This document shows, one piece after another, positions 47,186 to 60,955 of a stretch of DNA of 64,000 nucleotides. The stretch comes from Eledone cirrhosa (taxonomy: Eukaryota), in contig OZ024741.1 of the NCBI GenBank assembly GCA_964016885.1, forward strand, positions 300,204,001 through 300,268,000. Reading direction: 5' to 3'. The translations under genes were made by a program, and so were the position numbers. The stretch's first letter is position 1, and every line of letters begins with the position of its first letter. The notes under the pieces are model-generated. The model saw nothing but the letters and a program-made list of their open reading frames with translations, ran no database searches and was not told the origin of the DNA.

Positions 47186-49580
47186 CTAGCTAATAGGTTT
47201 AAAGTAGAAGAAAGAGCTTAATATTCGGTGGGGGCAAGAGGAAAATATTTCTGACTTTCTGTTTAGTAGAGGGCATTTAGCAAATATAATAGAGTGGGAT
47301 TCGGCAAGGCATAGGTTACATACTCTATTATGAGGAGTATATGGATGGGATTTAGCAACCTGCCGCCAAGTAAGTGTGTAATGTGTTCGTGCATTTTTTA
47401 AATTGTGGACGTACGCTGCCAAGGAGGTGGAGTTCCTCAGTTTATTGTGTCTAAAAGTGCACTGGTGAGAGTTAAACCTGGTCTTAAAGGGGGTGGAGGT
47501 TGATCCTATATAGGTTTTAGTGGACGCCGTAGTTACCACATCACACGCGTAAACTATGTTTCTAATAAGGCAGAAACCATTCAGGGGGCAGCCTGAAGCC
47601 CTTCTACAGTTACAATTTCTGGTGATGCTATTCTCAGAATGATCACCACTTGTGTTCCGGCCCGCTCTGTCCACTACCGTGTTTTCCCCTAGGCTTAGGT
47701 TGTCCAGGCCTTCCTTTATTTTCCTATTATTAGTAATGGCCAGATGAGAGGCCAGATTTTGGGTTGTAGAATACGAAAGTTTAACAACATTCTTATTGAG
47801 GATAGAGTGGTACCTATTACCAGGAGGGAAGTTCCTTTCTAACACAGAGAAGAAGGCCCTAGGAATATTTATAGCCACTTCAGAGTTAAAAGGGGGGTTG
47901 AAGTATGTATTCAATCTTCTTCTATTCTTTTTATTCTTTTTATTTCCATCACTATTATTAGCATTATTATTTCTACGGTTACTATGCTCACCTAGTTTAT
48001 GCGGGAAGCTGCGAGGCCTACCATTGCTATTACTTAGACTAATGGTGCCCTGCTGGTTCATTCCACCGGCATTTAGAACCCTCCCATTCGCGACACCTCT
48101 ATTACCAATGGACATATTATGTGTTATAACAACACTGGTAGAGCTACTATTAGGACTATTATTTCCCTGGGTATAATACAATTTGTCCCTAAAGCCGGAT
48201 CTAGCTAAGGCATCATTATAGTAATCAGCCTGCGAGTCAAACGCCGCTTCACTATGTGAGAGTGAACTTATTCTGTTAGATACGCCCTTCAGTATACCGC
48301 TGATGACCGACCTAGGGTGGTTAGAGTTGGTATTCACGTAAGTCAGCAATTCATTAGGCTTATGGTACGGTGTGTACGTATGGTTATCCAAGTCTAATGT
48401 AACATCCAGGAAGTTCACAGTTCTATCATTTATATCCATAGTAATGGATAGGTTAAAGGTTTTAAAAAAAGCTATGCAGCTTTTTCCTAATGCGCTCTAT
48501 ATTATACTTACTAGTATCTATGGAGAGTAGGGCGTCATCCCGGTACAACCCGCCCCTAAGGAATGGGAAGTTACTATGCAGTTCATTGAGGAGGTATAGC
48601 CCAACTAAGTCGGTGACCTGAGCAGAATCACTCGACCCCATAGTAATGTCAAAATTATCAGGTGTGTTTTTTCTCGTCCATACATTATCCTCAAACATGA
48701 TAATGGTTTTACGTGCAACGAGAACAATATCTATCTGTGGCCTTGTAATTGCCCCCCTCTGCATGGCTAGGATAAGGGCCTTATTGAGGATAATAGGAGA
48801 TATAGATGTATAATAAGCATCAATATCAAATTGGATGAATCTGAGTGAGTCACGACCACAATCCGTAGATAACCACCTAATGACTTCACTAGTGTTACCC
48901 CAAAGCTCAAGGAAAGTTTTTTCTCTAACCAGGGGAATAACGCTATCCAAGATTCCCTTACTAATAATCCCCAGGTCAGACTTGGAGGGGCAGATAAGCC
49001 TAACTGAGGGTCTGCTAATAAAATTTTCCTTGTGGTCCTTGAGGGTGAATCTAGGCTGCTTGGGGTAATAAGGCTGAGTGTGTTTATCCAGACCTAATTT
49101 TACCACTATGTTATACCCCTCCAGATTAATATTGTCTAAATTACTCTGCGTTGTTTTTTTGTAGTTCCTATGTAGTTCATTATAGATGAAGCCGCGATAG
49201 GTTTTATAATCCATACTATATAAGTTTTTAGTTTTGTCAGAGGGGACCAGAATGGATTTATTATCCCTAAAGTCCCTAACGATAGAACTTAGTTTACTCT
49301 GAAATTTATTGGTACATCTAGATTTTTTATATCTAATATTCCTAACGAGGGATAATAGCTCACTTTCGAAGTTATCCAACAGGCTATTATGCGGGGGGCT
49401 CCTATATGTCTTAAATCCATAATTATTAAAACTACGCTTCTCTTCAGGGCTATCATACTTCTTATCAAAATGGAACGCACGCCACCGAACACGTTTTACG
49501 AAGGAGTTTATGCTAGTTATCAGTGATTTCTCATATGAGATTTTAGGGGGGGGGGGAATATTCTTCAAGGAAATGGGTAA
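47186..49580 (-). CDS. Naiad A RT-GIY-YIG polyprotein: one frameshift at a homopolymer (~48462), first few codons missing
   Basis: SLKNIP, SDKT, TLKDHK, FDIDAYY, FDITMGSSDSA, LYRDD, FLDV, SNHP, CNCRRASGCPLNGFC, IVY..YIGST, CNLC. Confidence 0.85.
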
Positions 49581-49622
<42 letters not shown>

Positions 49623-49708
49623 GTAGGTCCCGGGTTGAGTCGGGGATAACCACAGTAAGTAAGGTACTCAATACATGGCAGAGTAAATTTTTTTTATTTT
49701 ATAGAAGG

Positions 49709-49759
49709 AGCTTCTACAGGACTAGTACTGTTTCATTCAGATGAAATCTTCAGGAAGCT
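49709..49759 (-). ncRNA. Type I hammerhead ribozyme, 3' pLTR of Naiad B
   Basis: agcuuc CUGAAGA uuucaucugaau GAAAC ag-uacuaguc-cu GUA gaagcu. Confidence 0.85.
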
Positions 49760-50323
49760 GGGTGTCATATTAAGTTCTGGTATTTATACATTTAGGTAGT
49801 GGCAAGGGAGGGGTGGTCTAGGGGGGGGGGGGGGGGTATTTAGATACACAGGACCACTTCATGTCACAGGCCGTTTTTTCTATGGGGAGTGGTCAATTAG
49901 CCAGAGTGCTTTTTTGAAATAAATAAATAAGTAAATAAATAAATAAATGAATAAATAAATAGATAAATGAATAAATAAATAAAATAAATAAAGAAATAAA
50001 TAAAAAATAAATAAATAAAAAACCCAAGAATAGTAATTAACAGATATATAGTAGGGAAATTTTTTAGGTGGGTTGGTAATAGAAATTAAACATTTAACAA
50101 GACCGAATCATGGCACAGACTGGGGTGAGTGGTCAAGTTAACATACAAGCCACAGGTGGCCAGAGTGTTTTAGTAGGATGGAAAGAATAAAATATATTTA
50201 CATACTCACAACCACATACAAAAACACTTACACACACACATACATATATACTTATATATATATACATACATATATACATATGTGTGTGTGTGTGTGTGCA
50301 CACCTACACATTCACACACATAT

Positions 50324-50371
<48 letters not shown>

Positions 50372-50795
50372 GTGTGCGCATACACATACATACACACACA
50401 CACATACATATACACACACACATACATACATACACATATATACATATATACACAGGACAAACACAAACACACAAATATACACACACACACGCATACACAT
50501 ACACACACATATATATATATATCTACACATACACACGCGCGCATACACATACATATATACATATATATGCATACATACACATATATATATATATATATAT
50601 ACACACCTACAAGTACGTATGTCTCTCTCGTGTAAACTATACTATACATACACATACATACATTTGCACACACATACATACACATACATACACACACACA
50701 CACACACATACATTCACACATATATATACATATATACACATACACACACACATACATATATAATCTCATATATATATATATATATATACCTATAC

Positions 50796-50848
<53 letters not shown>

Positions 50849-51675
50849 CATACATATACATACACACACACACATATATATACGTATATACATACACACG
50901 CATACACATTTACAAGCAAACACGCATACATACACATACATACATACAAATAAGTACACAAACGCATATGCACAAACACGCACTCGTTCGCACTCATACA
51001 TGTGTCTATAATATAAAGGTAGTGGGACAAATTTTAAATTTTAAATTTTAAACTGGGCCTGATAGAGGATTAAAATAATTAATGTCACTATTAAGTTATT
51101 AATAGTATCATCAAGTAATTAATTACTATTTATTATCTATTACTTACTATTTACCATTCACTATTCGTTACCTATCTTTTATCCTTTATCTATTCAATAC
51201 CTAATCATTCACTCATAAATTAATGAATAAATAAATAAATAAATGAAAGAGTTAACTAACAAACGAACAAACAAACAAGCAGATAAACAAATAAACCAGT
51301 AAATAAGCAAATAAATACACAAGTAAATAAATAAATGGATAAATAAATAAATAAGTAAATAAAGTAACTAAATAAATAAATAAATAAATAACTAAATAAA
51401 TATACAAGTTAAATAGATAAATAAATCATGAACGTGTGCGTGCAGCAGTTCATAACTGCACGTATGCAAACATGAGCAGGTATATACGTGAATTTGTGTG
51501 TGCGGCCACGGAACTTTACTCAGAGGCATACAACACAATATATAAGACCTGGAGGGGAGGAAAGAAGGTAATAATGAGGGATAGAGGGGAGGAAAGAGGG
51601 TAACAATGAGAGATGGAGGGACGGAAATGGGAAGGGGGGCTGGGGTGGGTTGGTGATATGAGGGGGGGGGGGGGT

Positions 51676-53827
51676 TCAGTCGGGGGGCCGGGGGGGTCTG
51701 TAGTTTTTGTAATTTGCATAGTTCTTGTGCATGCAATTAGGGGAGTGTTCCGAGATCTTGTTGAGGAGAGGGCCTTTGGCGAATAGAATCTCATAGCTCT
51801 CGGAGATACAGAGCCCACAGCAATTATGGCCTCCCGTGTATGATCGCGCTCTCTGGAGTAGTCTCCATTGGGTCTTGAAGGGGATGGAGTTCCTTTTTAG
51901 GTGCCAGATGTGGGCGGCGAGTGTAGTTTGGTTAGATTTGTCTGGGCGCCGGAACGAATGTGTGTGGGCGTACCAGCGAGTCTTAAAACTATTAGAAGTC
52001 ATCCCGATGTACGAGTTTCTTTTTTCATCGGGGCCTGACAGTACATCGCATATATACACGAGATCTTTTTTTAGACAGTTGTTGTTGAGAGGGCAAGTCG
52101 TCTTATCAGGGAATTGCAGTTGCTATCGGTTGCTGGATGGGCTTCGGAAAAAGTAGACTTATTTAGCTTCTTGATGTTGTTGTTGGCTAAGTTTCTGGCT
52201 AGATTAGGTGTGGTAGAGTAAGAGAGTCTAATGGTATTCTTATTAAGGATAGTATAGTACCTATGTTGGGTGGGGAAGTGTTTTTGTAAGAGAGTGAAGA
52301 AAATTTTAGCTACAGGTGTTGAAACTTCTCGGTTGAAGGGGGGGGGGGGGGGGGGGGTTGTACCAGCTAATGTGCCTTCGCCTATTCTTCCTGGGTGGGC
52401 GTGGGGCTATAGTAAGGTAGGTGATCTTATCTCTAAAGCCGCTGCGGGCCAGGGCCTCGTTGTAATAGGGGGCTGCTGCTCTAAAGATATCTTCATTGGC
52501 GGCGAGGCTAGATATCCTAATGGAGACACTTTTTACTAGGTTGTCTAATATATTTTTGGGGTGGTTAGAATTAATGTCTATATATCTAAGGGATTCATTA
52601 GGTTTGTGGTACGGGTAGTAAAGGGAAGTTTCTAAGTCGAGGGTAACGTCTAGGAAGTTAGCTTTAGTTAAGTTCGAATCTAAGGTAATCCTAAGGCCTA
52701 AGTTTTTAAAGAAGGTGTAAAGGTTTTTCCTGGTCCCATCCGTGGTCCTGGGGTTGATTTTGTGGAGGGCAAAGAGGCCGTCATCTCGGTAGAGACCGCC
52801 GGAGAGGCCTGTGAAGAGGGTCTTCAACCTGTGGAGGATGAACAGACCCACAAGGTCACTAATTTCAGCTGAGTCGCTAGCACCTATGCTAACGTCGAAG
52901 AGGGTCTCAGATTTGTTGTTGATCCAGTGGGATCTGTCATGGTAAAGAAAAGTCTTACGTGCATGGAGGATCACTTCCTGCTCGGCTTCGGTAATTGTGG
53001 TTAAGTTCCTGGCGAAGTTAATCGCGTCAATCAGCAGGCTCTCTGAAATGGAGGCGTAGTAATCCTCGATGTCTAGCTGCAGGAAGCGGGTGTTGCTTTT
53101 GTCGGGCAAGTCACGGAACCACGTGATTGCCTCCAATGTCCTATTCCAGAGTGGCAGGGGTGAGGCAGCACGTAGTCTAGGTAGAATCCTGTCCAAGATT
53201 TTCTTACTGACGGATCCTATGTCAGACTTGGTAGGGTTAATCAGCCGGACCGACGGTTTATTGTCGAAGTTGTTCTTGTGGTCTTTCAAGGTGAAGTGTG
53301 GACCCTACCCTCAGAGGTTCTGTCCGGTCTTCCAATTTAAGGGAAGTGGCGATCTTCTTTCCGGCTAAGTTTGTTTCAGTCAAGGTGGTGTCATCAACTT
53401 TTTTGTACTTTGCTGTGATGGCATTATCAGCAAGCTTGTTGTAGGTGTCGGGAATAACCGCATAAGTGTTTTTAGTTTTGTCTGAAGGGACGTGGAGGTA
53501 CGGGGAACTTTTCATTTTCAGAAGTTTCTCCTTTAAGTCCGTTTGGAAAGGTATGTTGACTTTCCTGAATTTAATATTTTTGATCATTTGAAAGAGGTCT
53601 TCTTCAAATGGTTCAAGTAGGCTGTTGGTGGGTGGAGCCTTATTAGATTTAAAGCCGTACATCTCGTTATTGGTAGATGCTACATCAGGGTGGTCGAAAA
53701 AGAACGATCTCCATCTAATTCGTTTGATGAATTCATCAGTCCGTATAATGAGGGTTTTTAGGTACTGTTTCCTTGGTGGGATAGGAATGTTCTTCAAGGA
53801 GGTATTGAGGTCGATTCTTGTTAGCAT
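51676..53827 (-). pseudogene. Naiad B RT-GIY-YIG ORF from its ATG, broken by a few frameshifts
   Basis: MLTRIDLNTSLKNIP, SDKT, KDHK..RLINPTKSDIG, LYRDDG, SNHP, YIGMTSNSFKTR, CGLC. Confidence 0.9.
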
Positions 53828-53959
53828 ATTTTCTTGAGGATGGTTATAAGGGCACTAGGGTGTGCTTGGATACGTAGGTCCCCGGTTGAGTCGGGGATAA
53901 CCACAGTAAGTAAGGTACTCAATACATGGCAGAGTAACATTTTTTTATTTTATAGAAGG

Positions 53960-54010
53960 AGCTTCTACAGGACTAGTACTGTTTCATTCAGATGAAATCT
54001 TCAGGAAGCT
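53960..54010 (-). ncRNA. Type I hammerhead ribozyme, 5' pLTR of Naiad B
   Basis: Identical to 49709-49759. Confidence 0.85.
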
Positions 54011-54746
54011 GGGTGTCATATTAAGTTCTGGTATTTATACATTTAGGTAGTGGCAAGGGAGGGGTGGTGGATGGGGGGGGGGTATTTAGATACACAGGAC
54101 CACTTCATGGCACAGGCCGTTTTTTCTATGGGGAGTGGTCAATTAGCCAGAGTGCTTTTTTGAAATAAATAAATAAGTAAATAAATAAATAAATGAATAA
54201 ATAAATAGATAAATGAATAAATAAATAAAATAAATAAAGAAATAAATAAAAAATAAATAAATAAAAACCCCAAGAATAGTAATTAACAGATATATAGTAG
54301 GGAAATTTTTTAGGTGGGTTGGTAATAGAAATTAAACATTTAACAAGACGGAATCATGGCACAGACTGGGGTGAGTGGTCAAGTTAACATACAAGCCACA
54401 GGTGGCCAGAGTGTTTTAGTAGGATGGAAAGAATAAAATATATTTACATACTCACAACCACATACAAAAACACTTACACACACACATACATTTATACTTA
54501 CATATATATACATACATATATGCATATGTGTGTGTGTGTGAGTATAAATATACACACACACCACACACACATGTGTGCGCATACACATACACACACACAC
54601 ACATACATATACACACACACACATACATACATACACATATATACATATAAACATAGGAAAACACAAACACACAAATATACACACACACACGCATACACAT
54701 ACACACACATATATATATATATCTACACATACACACGCGCGCATAC

Positions 54747-54793
<47 letters not shown>

Positions 54794-54987
54794 TACATAC
54801 ACATATATATATATATATATATATATACACACCTACAAGTACGTATGTCTCTCTCGTGTAAACTATACTATACATACACATACATACATTTGCACACACA
54901 TACATACACATACATACACACAAACACATACATTCACACATATATATACATATATACACATACACACAAACACATATATAATCTCAA

Positions 54988-55124
<137 letters not shown>

Positions 55125-55186
55125 CATACATATACATACACACACACACATATATATACGTATATACATACACACGCATACACATA

Positions 55187-56115
55187 AATGATTCTGGACA
55201 TCGTTCAACGACTCTTGACCACATATCTTGACTGGACTACATATGAATACACCGACACACACATACATACCCATTCAGAAACTCACATGCACATGAATTC
55301 CTTCCGCTACTGACCTAACACATAACCACAACGCTCATGGGTACACAAACATACACATATACACACAGTCTTCCAACAGACACGTCGAAAATACACGCAC
55401 ACTCACACACACACAAACGTACACACTCAATCATCCGGCACACACGTGAAAATACACACTCACACATAAACACTAGAAAAAAGTCAAATGCATAGAAGTA
55501 ACACACACACACAGACATACACAAACAAACACACACGTTCACAAAACTTCCCTCTTTAGGTAATACAAAACCACCAACACCCGCGCAGACACACATACAC
55601 ACATATACAGATACACACACTCATTCGCCACACACGCGAAAATATATATACACACACACAAACTTACACACTCACATATATAGAACTAATAGGAAACTCA
55701 CTTATACACACACGAATGTGGACACACTCATACACACTCACCCGACATACATGTGATAATACAGACACACACAATCGTATACATTCAGGTACTTAGAAGA
55801 AACGCCCCCCACCCACCACACCCCCGCACACATGCACTCACACACACTCACACGCACACACATGCACACAAATCCCTGAGAACCAACATACACAAACACA
55901 CCAGTTTGCTCACATCAATCTCCTCCCAACACCCTTTTTCTAACTTCCTTTCCTAACTTTCACACATTACCTGTTATCTCCTTATCTCCTTATCCCAATT
56001 TCCTGATGAAGGACTTCTGTCCGAAAATCGAATTCTCCTCCTTTTCCTCGAATCCTGAATCTAATATAACTGTGTATTTCTGCATCCCTGTGTTTGTTTT
56101 GTATGCGTTATTAAC
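55187..56115 (+). mobile_element. Probable decayed PLE-derived 3' region (CA-rich) ending in an HHR-like remnant at 56003-56026
   Basis: CTGATGA a ggac-ttct-gtcc GAAA; stems I and III are poor. Confidence 0.35.
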
Positions 56116-56441
56116 TATATAGACATATATGTACATATAATCATGTGGTAGCAGCGTCGCACTCATTCATATCCCTTACGAAATCGGTTTGCATGGCACA
56201 AATACCTTAGGCGTGAAGTGATTGCCGAGTGTAGGTATTATAAAATAATATAAAACTTTATATAAATCTCATGCAGATTATATAACATACGAACTAAGTT
56301 CTCTTTTCAGAGTGTCTAGGTAAGTGTTCAGAAAGGCCATTTTAATTAATTTGACGTTTAAAACCATTGGTCTCGTAGTCAAGTTACATTTCTAGCTTGG
56401 CACTGGATGTGTAGATACATTAGTAGCTTACAAAGCTACAT

Positions 56442-59400
56442 CTACTAGAGAATAATAAAAACATTTATATACAAACACAGAAAGTGTATTTCATTAAAAT
56501 GGAACAATACCATATCAAGAAAATCAATGTACTTTCAGAACTTACGAATAACGGAGAGAAGAGTGATTGATGGAAAAACAATGTTGACAAAACGAAAAGC
56601 TTTTTTGGAATGCAAATACGAAGCAGGAAAGTGAGATAAGCAATACTTGTGCTAGGATTGAAAACGTTGAATAATAGAATGGGTCCTGTTACTGCTAGCG
56701 TAATCATTTAGTGAAGTAGAGCTGGCAAAGGTGAAAATTTGTATTACTGGAGTGCAATAGGGGAAAAGGCATTTTCTGTATTTTCTTTGACAGATAGCAA
56801 AATAGTGCACGTTACCTAGAATATCTACAAATACAGGATCAACCAATTAAAGTGTAATTGTAGAATTCCTTTAGATGTCCCACTTCAACTGCATTGTCTC
56901 ATGGAGAATGTAGTGTGTATAAATATACCGTTGTCCGAGAAAAGAAACACACGCAAATAACTATATAGGATTCATATTTAGCTCGTGTAAGTAACGTACG
57001 ATTTATATATACATCCTTTTAAATATGAAAGTCAGAAAAATACTCCACTTCTACCATTATTTGGTGCTTACATAATTCCAACATAATTGATATTACTAAT
57101 CTTTACAAATGGCATGCGTCTGAATATGCCATATCGTAGCTCCAGAAATAACTATATCGGATTTTAGCCGTTCGAATCACCAACATGCAAATATTAAAAT
57201 CATTAGTTGAATGGTTGCCAGTCATACCCAAATTCGTCCGTACTTTCCCGCCGACGATCAAAATGTTATGTGCAAATCTCCTCTTGGCCTCCGCTACATA
57301 TCACTTCCTATACTTTCTTTCTTTCAACCTTTTTCTCATTCAGTTCTGCTTAGGGAAATATATTCGGGTGGTTTTCATTTAAAACGTACTGGTTGTATTT
57401 AATGTTATTCTACTTTATAGGTACATCATGTTTCAAATATCATAAAAATGCTATGTAATGATGATGTCGTTTAACTGGCATTACTTCTTTAAATATATTA
57501 TACTGCTTTGATGATATACGAATGAACGAAATTAACATCCAATTCTTGGAGCCAATGCCTTTATATAATTCTGCCTACAATTTTACAAACGTGTGTTAGA
57601 AGAATATGATGGCTTACTATTTCCATCTTAAGCATTATTGTCTTTGTGTCAAAGCCACAGCTTCAATATCGTTTGTGATATTGACGTACATGAAATATGT
57701 TACCTTAATACATTTTGCTGTATATATCTCATACGAGAAGTGATCACTTTCTTTCTAAGTGTGGAACCTCATTCCGTTTCAAGAGCTATTGGCGTGTCTG
57801 TATATTACCGTTATATATATATATAGGGGTGTATGTATGTGCGTGTCTGTAGGTGCGTACTGTTACAATACCATCTCAAATATTCGATCGAAACAAACCC
57901 CGATCGACACACAAAGAGAAAATACAATTGTAAGCAATACGGTATGTGCTCCACAATGGAAAAGCGCATTTTTAAAATATCACTTACTAAGGTGAAATTA
58001 GAATTAATCTGGGGACATATAAATACGTAGGCGTAAACTCTTACTAGAAAAAAATTACTATATGTACACAGCTACTCGTTTAAAAACCCGGACCTGCGTA
58101 AATCAACAGCATTCATAAAGTAAATCTTAGATTTGAAACAGAGTAATATAATTTATGTGTTATTATGGAAGATATAAAGATCTTCCAGGTCTTATCAGGG
58201 GGTAAGTGGAGATTACAAACATTGCTCTTTCGAAGAAATGGGTATTATGTCTGGGAAAGGTCTATGCAATTTAAGACTCGGCAGAATTTTTAATTGCCAA
58301 CATAGAACACTGAGAGGGAGGGGTGGGGGTATTGGCTCGTATATGTAGACAAAATATATATAAGAAACTAATGTGACTTATTTTATTTCCATTACTTGTT
58401 TTAGTTACATATATCCGTCTGTTCTATGTTAAGTATTTTCTATTGAATATTACAATTTTTGCTAGGTTGTATGGAACATAATAATTGATACTATCAAACT
58501 GTAGTTATATTAAATGTACCTCCATCCATATAGGTGATGCGTATTCCAGTATTTCGATTAACAGTGCAGACTGCAAATGAAATTGACGTACAAGAGACTG
58601 AGCATTAGAGATTCAGAGTGACATTGTGTGTGATAAAGGCTCTTTGAAATATAGGTGCAGCCTTTTCAACGGGCGTACAACATGTTCCGTTCACCTAGCT
58701 TCACATGAGTCGATCTATCGATCTATCCTATTCGAAACGTAATGATTGCCAACCAGACTGATTAACCATTCAGCCTTCTTCACCCATCGTTAGCATATTG
58801 CCAAATATATTAAAACATTTATATTGCTAATAGATCCTAATATATATGTCGTGTATAATGGTCAATGAAAAGCGAACTCTACTTCATGAATATCAAATTA
58901 AATATGAGAGTAAATCAATAATCCTTCTCATAAAACAAACGCCCAATAGACTTCTACTCAAAACCAAACAGCAAATGAGTATATTATCCGCCTTCCTCTA
59001 ATTACGGCAAATAACATTAGATAGCAGGAAGTCTTTCACCTAAAGGTTCATTCCATGATGCAAACGTAAGTGTGAAACAATATCTTTCTGACAATGAACT
59101 ATGATACACCCACTCTATTTATAGACGATATTTATGTAATACTTTGCATTACTGTTGTCTTAAATGAGGTGCGTCTGTGTATGTTTGTACGTAGACATGA
59201 ACACGAACAATCATGATTGTTCCACGTTAACATTAGGTACGTTATGAAACAAATGGCTTTGCTCGATTTACAAAACATATGAACGCATTCCTTATTTATT
59301 TAAAAATACGTCTTTGTAAAACAGGAAATAGCTTTGAGCAGAATTTTGTACTTAGAAACATAAGAAAAATATTCATCTCTCTATAACTGATCCATTTATT

Positions 59401-59471
59401 CCATTATATAGATATGTAGTGCATACATAATTAAGCTATAAAATTAAATATAGATATTTGATTGGCACATG
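56442..59471. repeat. Left arm of a >=3-kb inverted duplication
   Basis: Reverse complement of 60956-64000; matching ORFs on opposite strands. Confidence 0.97.
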
Positions 59472-59624
59472 TATGTATGTGTGTATGTACATATATACAT
59501 GCACATACACACATACATACATGCACTTACATATATATATATATATATATATACATAGAATAAGGAAAAGCGAAGTAGTTTCAGATATTCAAGTCCTTTA
59601 ATAATAATGCTGTGATACATATTT

Positions 59625-59830
59625 CAATGGCGACAGTGGCCACACTGTTCCGTGCGCCACTGCCGCGACATCGTCAGACACCTTGTTACATAATAAAGTT
59701 ATGTTTCCGAGGCAATCCAAATTGTCCGTTTTCTTGTGAGTACCAATTCACCCAACTGGTCTGCGCAGGCGCAGGTCCGAAGGAAGTTGACCTTCAGCTA
59801 CCACAGAGTTCAACGAAATTCGCCTAGGCA
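59625..59830. promoter_or_regulatory. GC/CpG-enriched promoter-like patch with an NRF1-type site
   Basis: TGCGCAGGCGCA at 59762-59773 and a GGAAGT ETS-like core nearby, in otherwise AT-rich DNA. Confidence 0.45.
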
Positions 59831-60955
59831 GTTCCCCCTCTCAACCAAACAATGACTTATTCAGGCCTGTAATATATAGCTTACTGCTAGCCACCCCATA
59901 AGTGGCAGTAAGCCGAAAGCTAGTGGGGTTGAGAGGGTATGAGTATCAATAGGTCTCAATACTACCCTACATTAAGCATGGACAATAGAATTGACCATCA
60001 ACCTCAAAGAGAAAATATACTTAATTCTAGGTATTATGGTTTCACAGTGGAAATTATGAATGAGAGTTGGAAATTAAAACTAAAAATAAAAAATAAAAAA
60101 TCAGAAATCAAAAATTAAAAATTAAACAAATTTACAAGTGAGAATCTAGATTGAAGTGAGTAAAAATATGTGCACCTATACTAACTAATACATAGGGAGA
60201 TGTTTAAGTAAGAAATGTGAAAGGGGCAGTCACGATATATCTTATTTAGATGCACTATTTTCTGTTTGTTTTCGCATCTTAAGTGTAAGGAACGAAATTT
60301 CCGTATGATTGACGTCTCGTATATACCATTTGACTCAGTGTCACTTGAATCACTGCAAATATGTTTAAAATATAAATATTCCATTTATTCAATAATAGTT
60401 CGAATATCAGTATGTAACAGAAGGTTTGACATAATAACTTCCTCTACAACATCGTTTCCTACAAGTTTGAACTTGCCGTTATATATAAATATGTTGAAAA
60501 TAACTAAAAGCGAAATCATACAGAATTTGAGTCAAATCAAATACTGAATAAGATTTGACATAAGCATATTTGAACATCAATCTGACAAGTTTCTTATTAT
60601 TTCTATAAGTTACGAAATGTAGTCATTCAAGTTTATTCTTTATTGTACGCATATTAGTCTTTTTTTTATTTTGTAAAATAATATATGGTGTAATATATCG
60701 CGTAATTTCTAGAAAGTGTATTTCTATCAGTATTTCTAACAGTATTATAATAAGTTACTAATTTGTAACATATGATAAATACGATGGTAGAAAGCATTTG
60801 AGAAAATAAACACATATACTGGCCTTTTATTAATTTTGTATATGCCGCAATGTTAAAAAGCACTATGATGAAGTTAAAAAGAAACGCTCAAAATTATTTC
60901 ACCTATCACACAAGATTAATCTTTAAGTATCAATCACGCCATCAAAATCTGTGAC

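Larger units (their letters stand above)
44980..49580 (-). mobile_element. Naiad-type PLE A with a ~2.2-kb 3' region and terminal HHR (45117-45162)
   Basis: RT and GIY-YIG ORFs; ugcu CUGAUGA gucccacu..agugcggau GAAAC aau GUU agca. Confidence 0.9.

Noticed and set aside
56003-56035. Active hammerhead
   Set aside because: The core boxes and stem II are present, but there is no credible stem III or stem I
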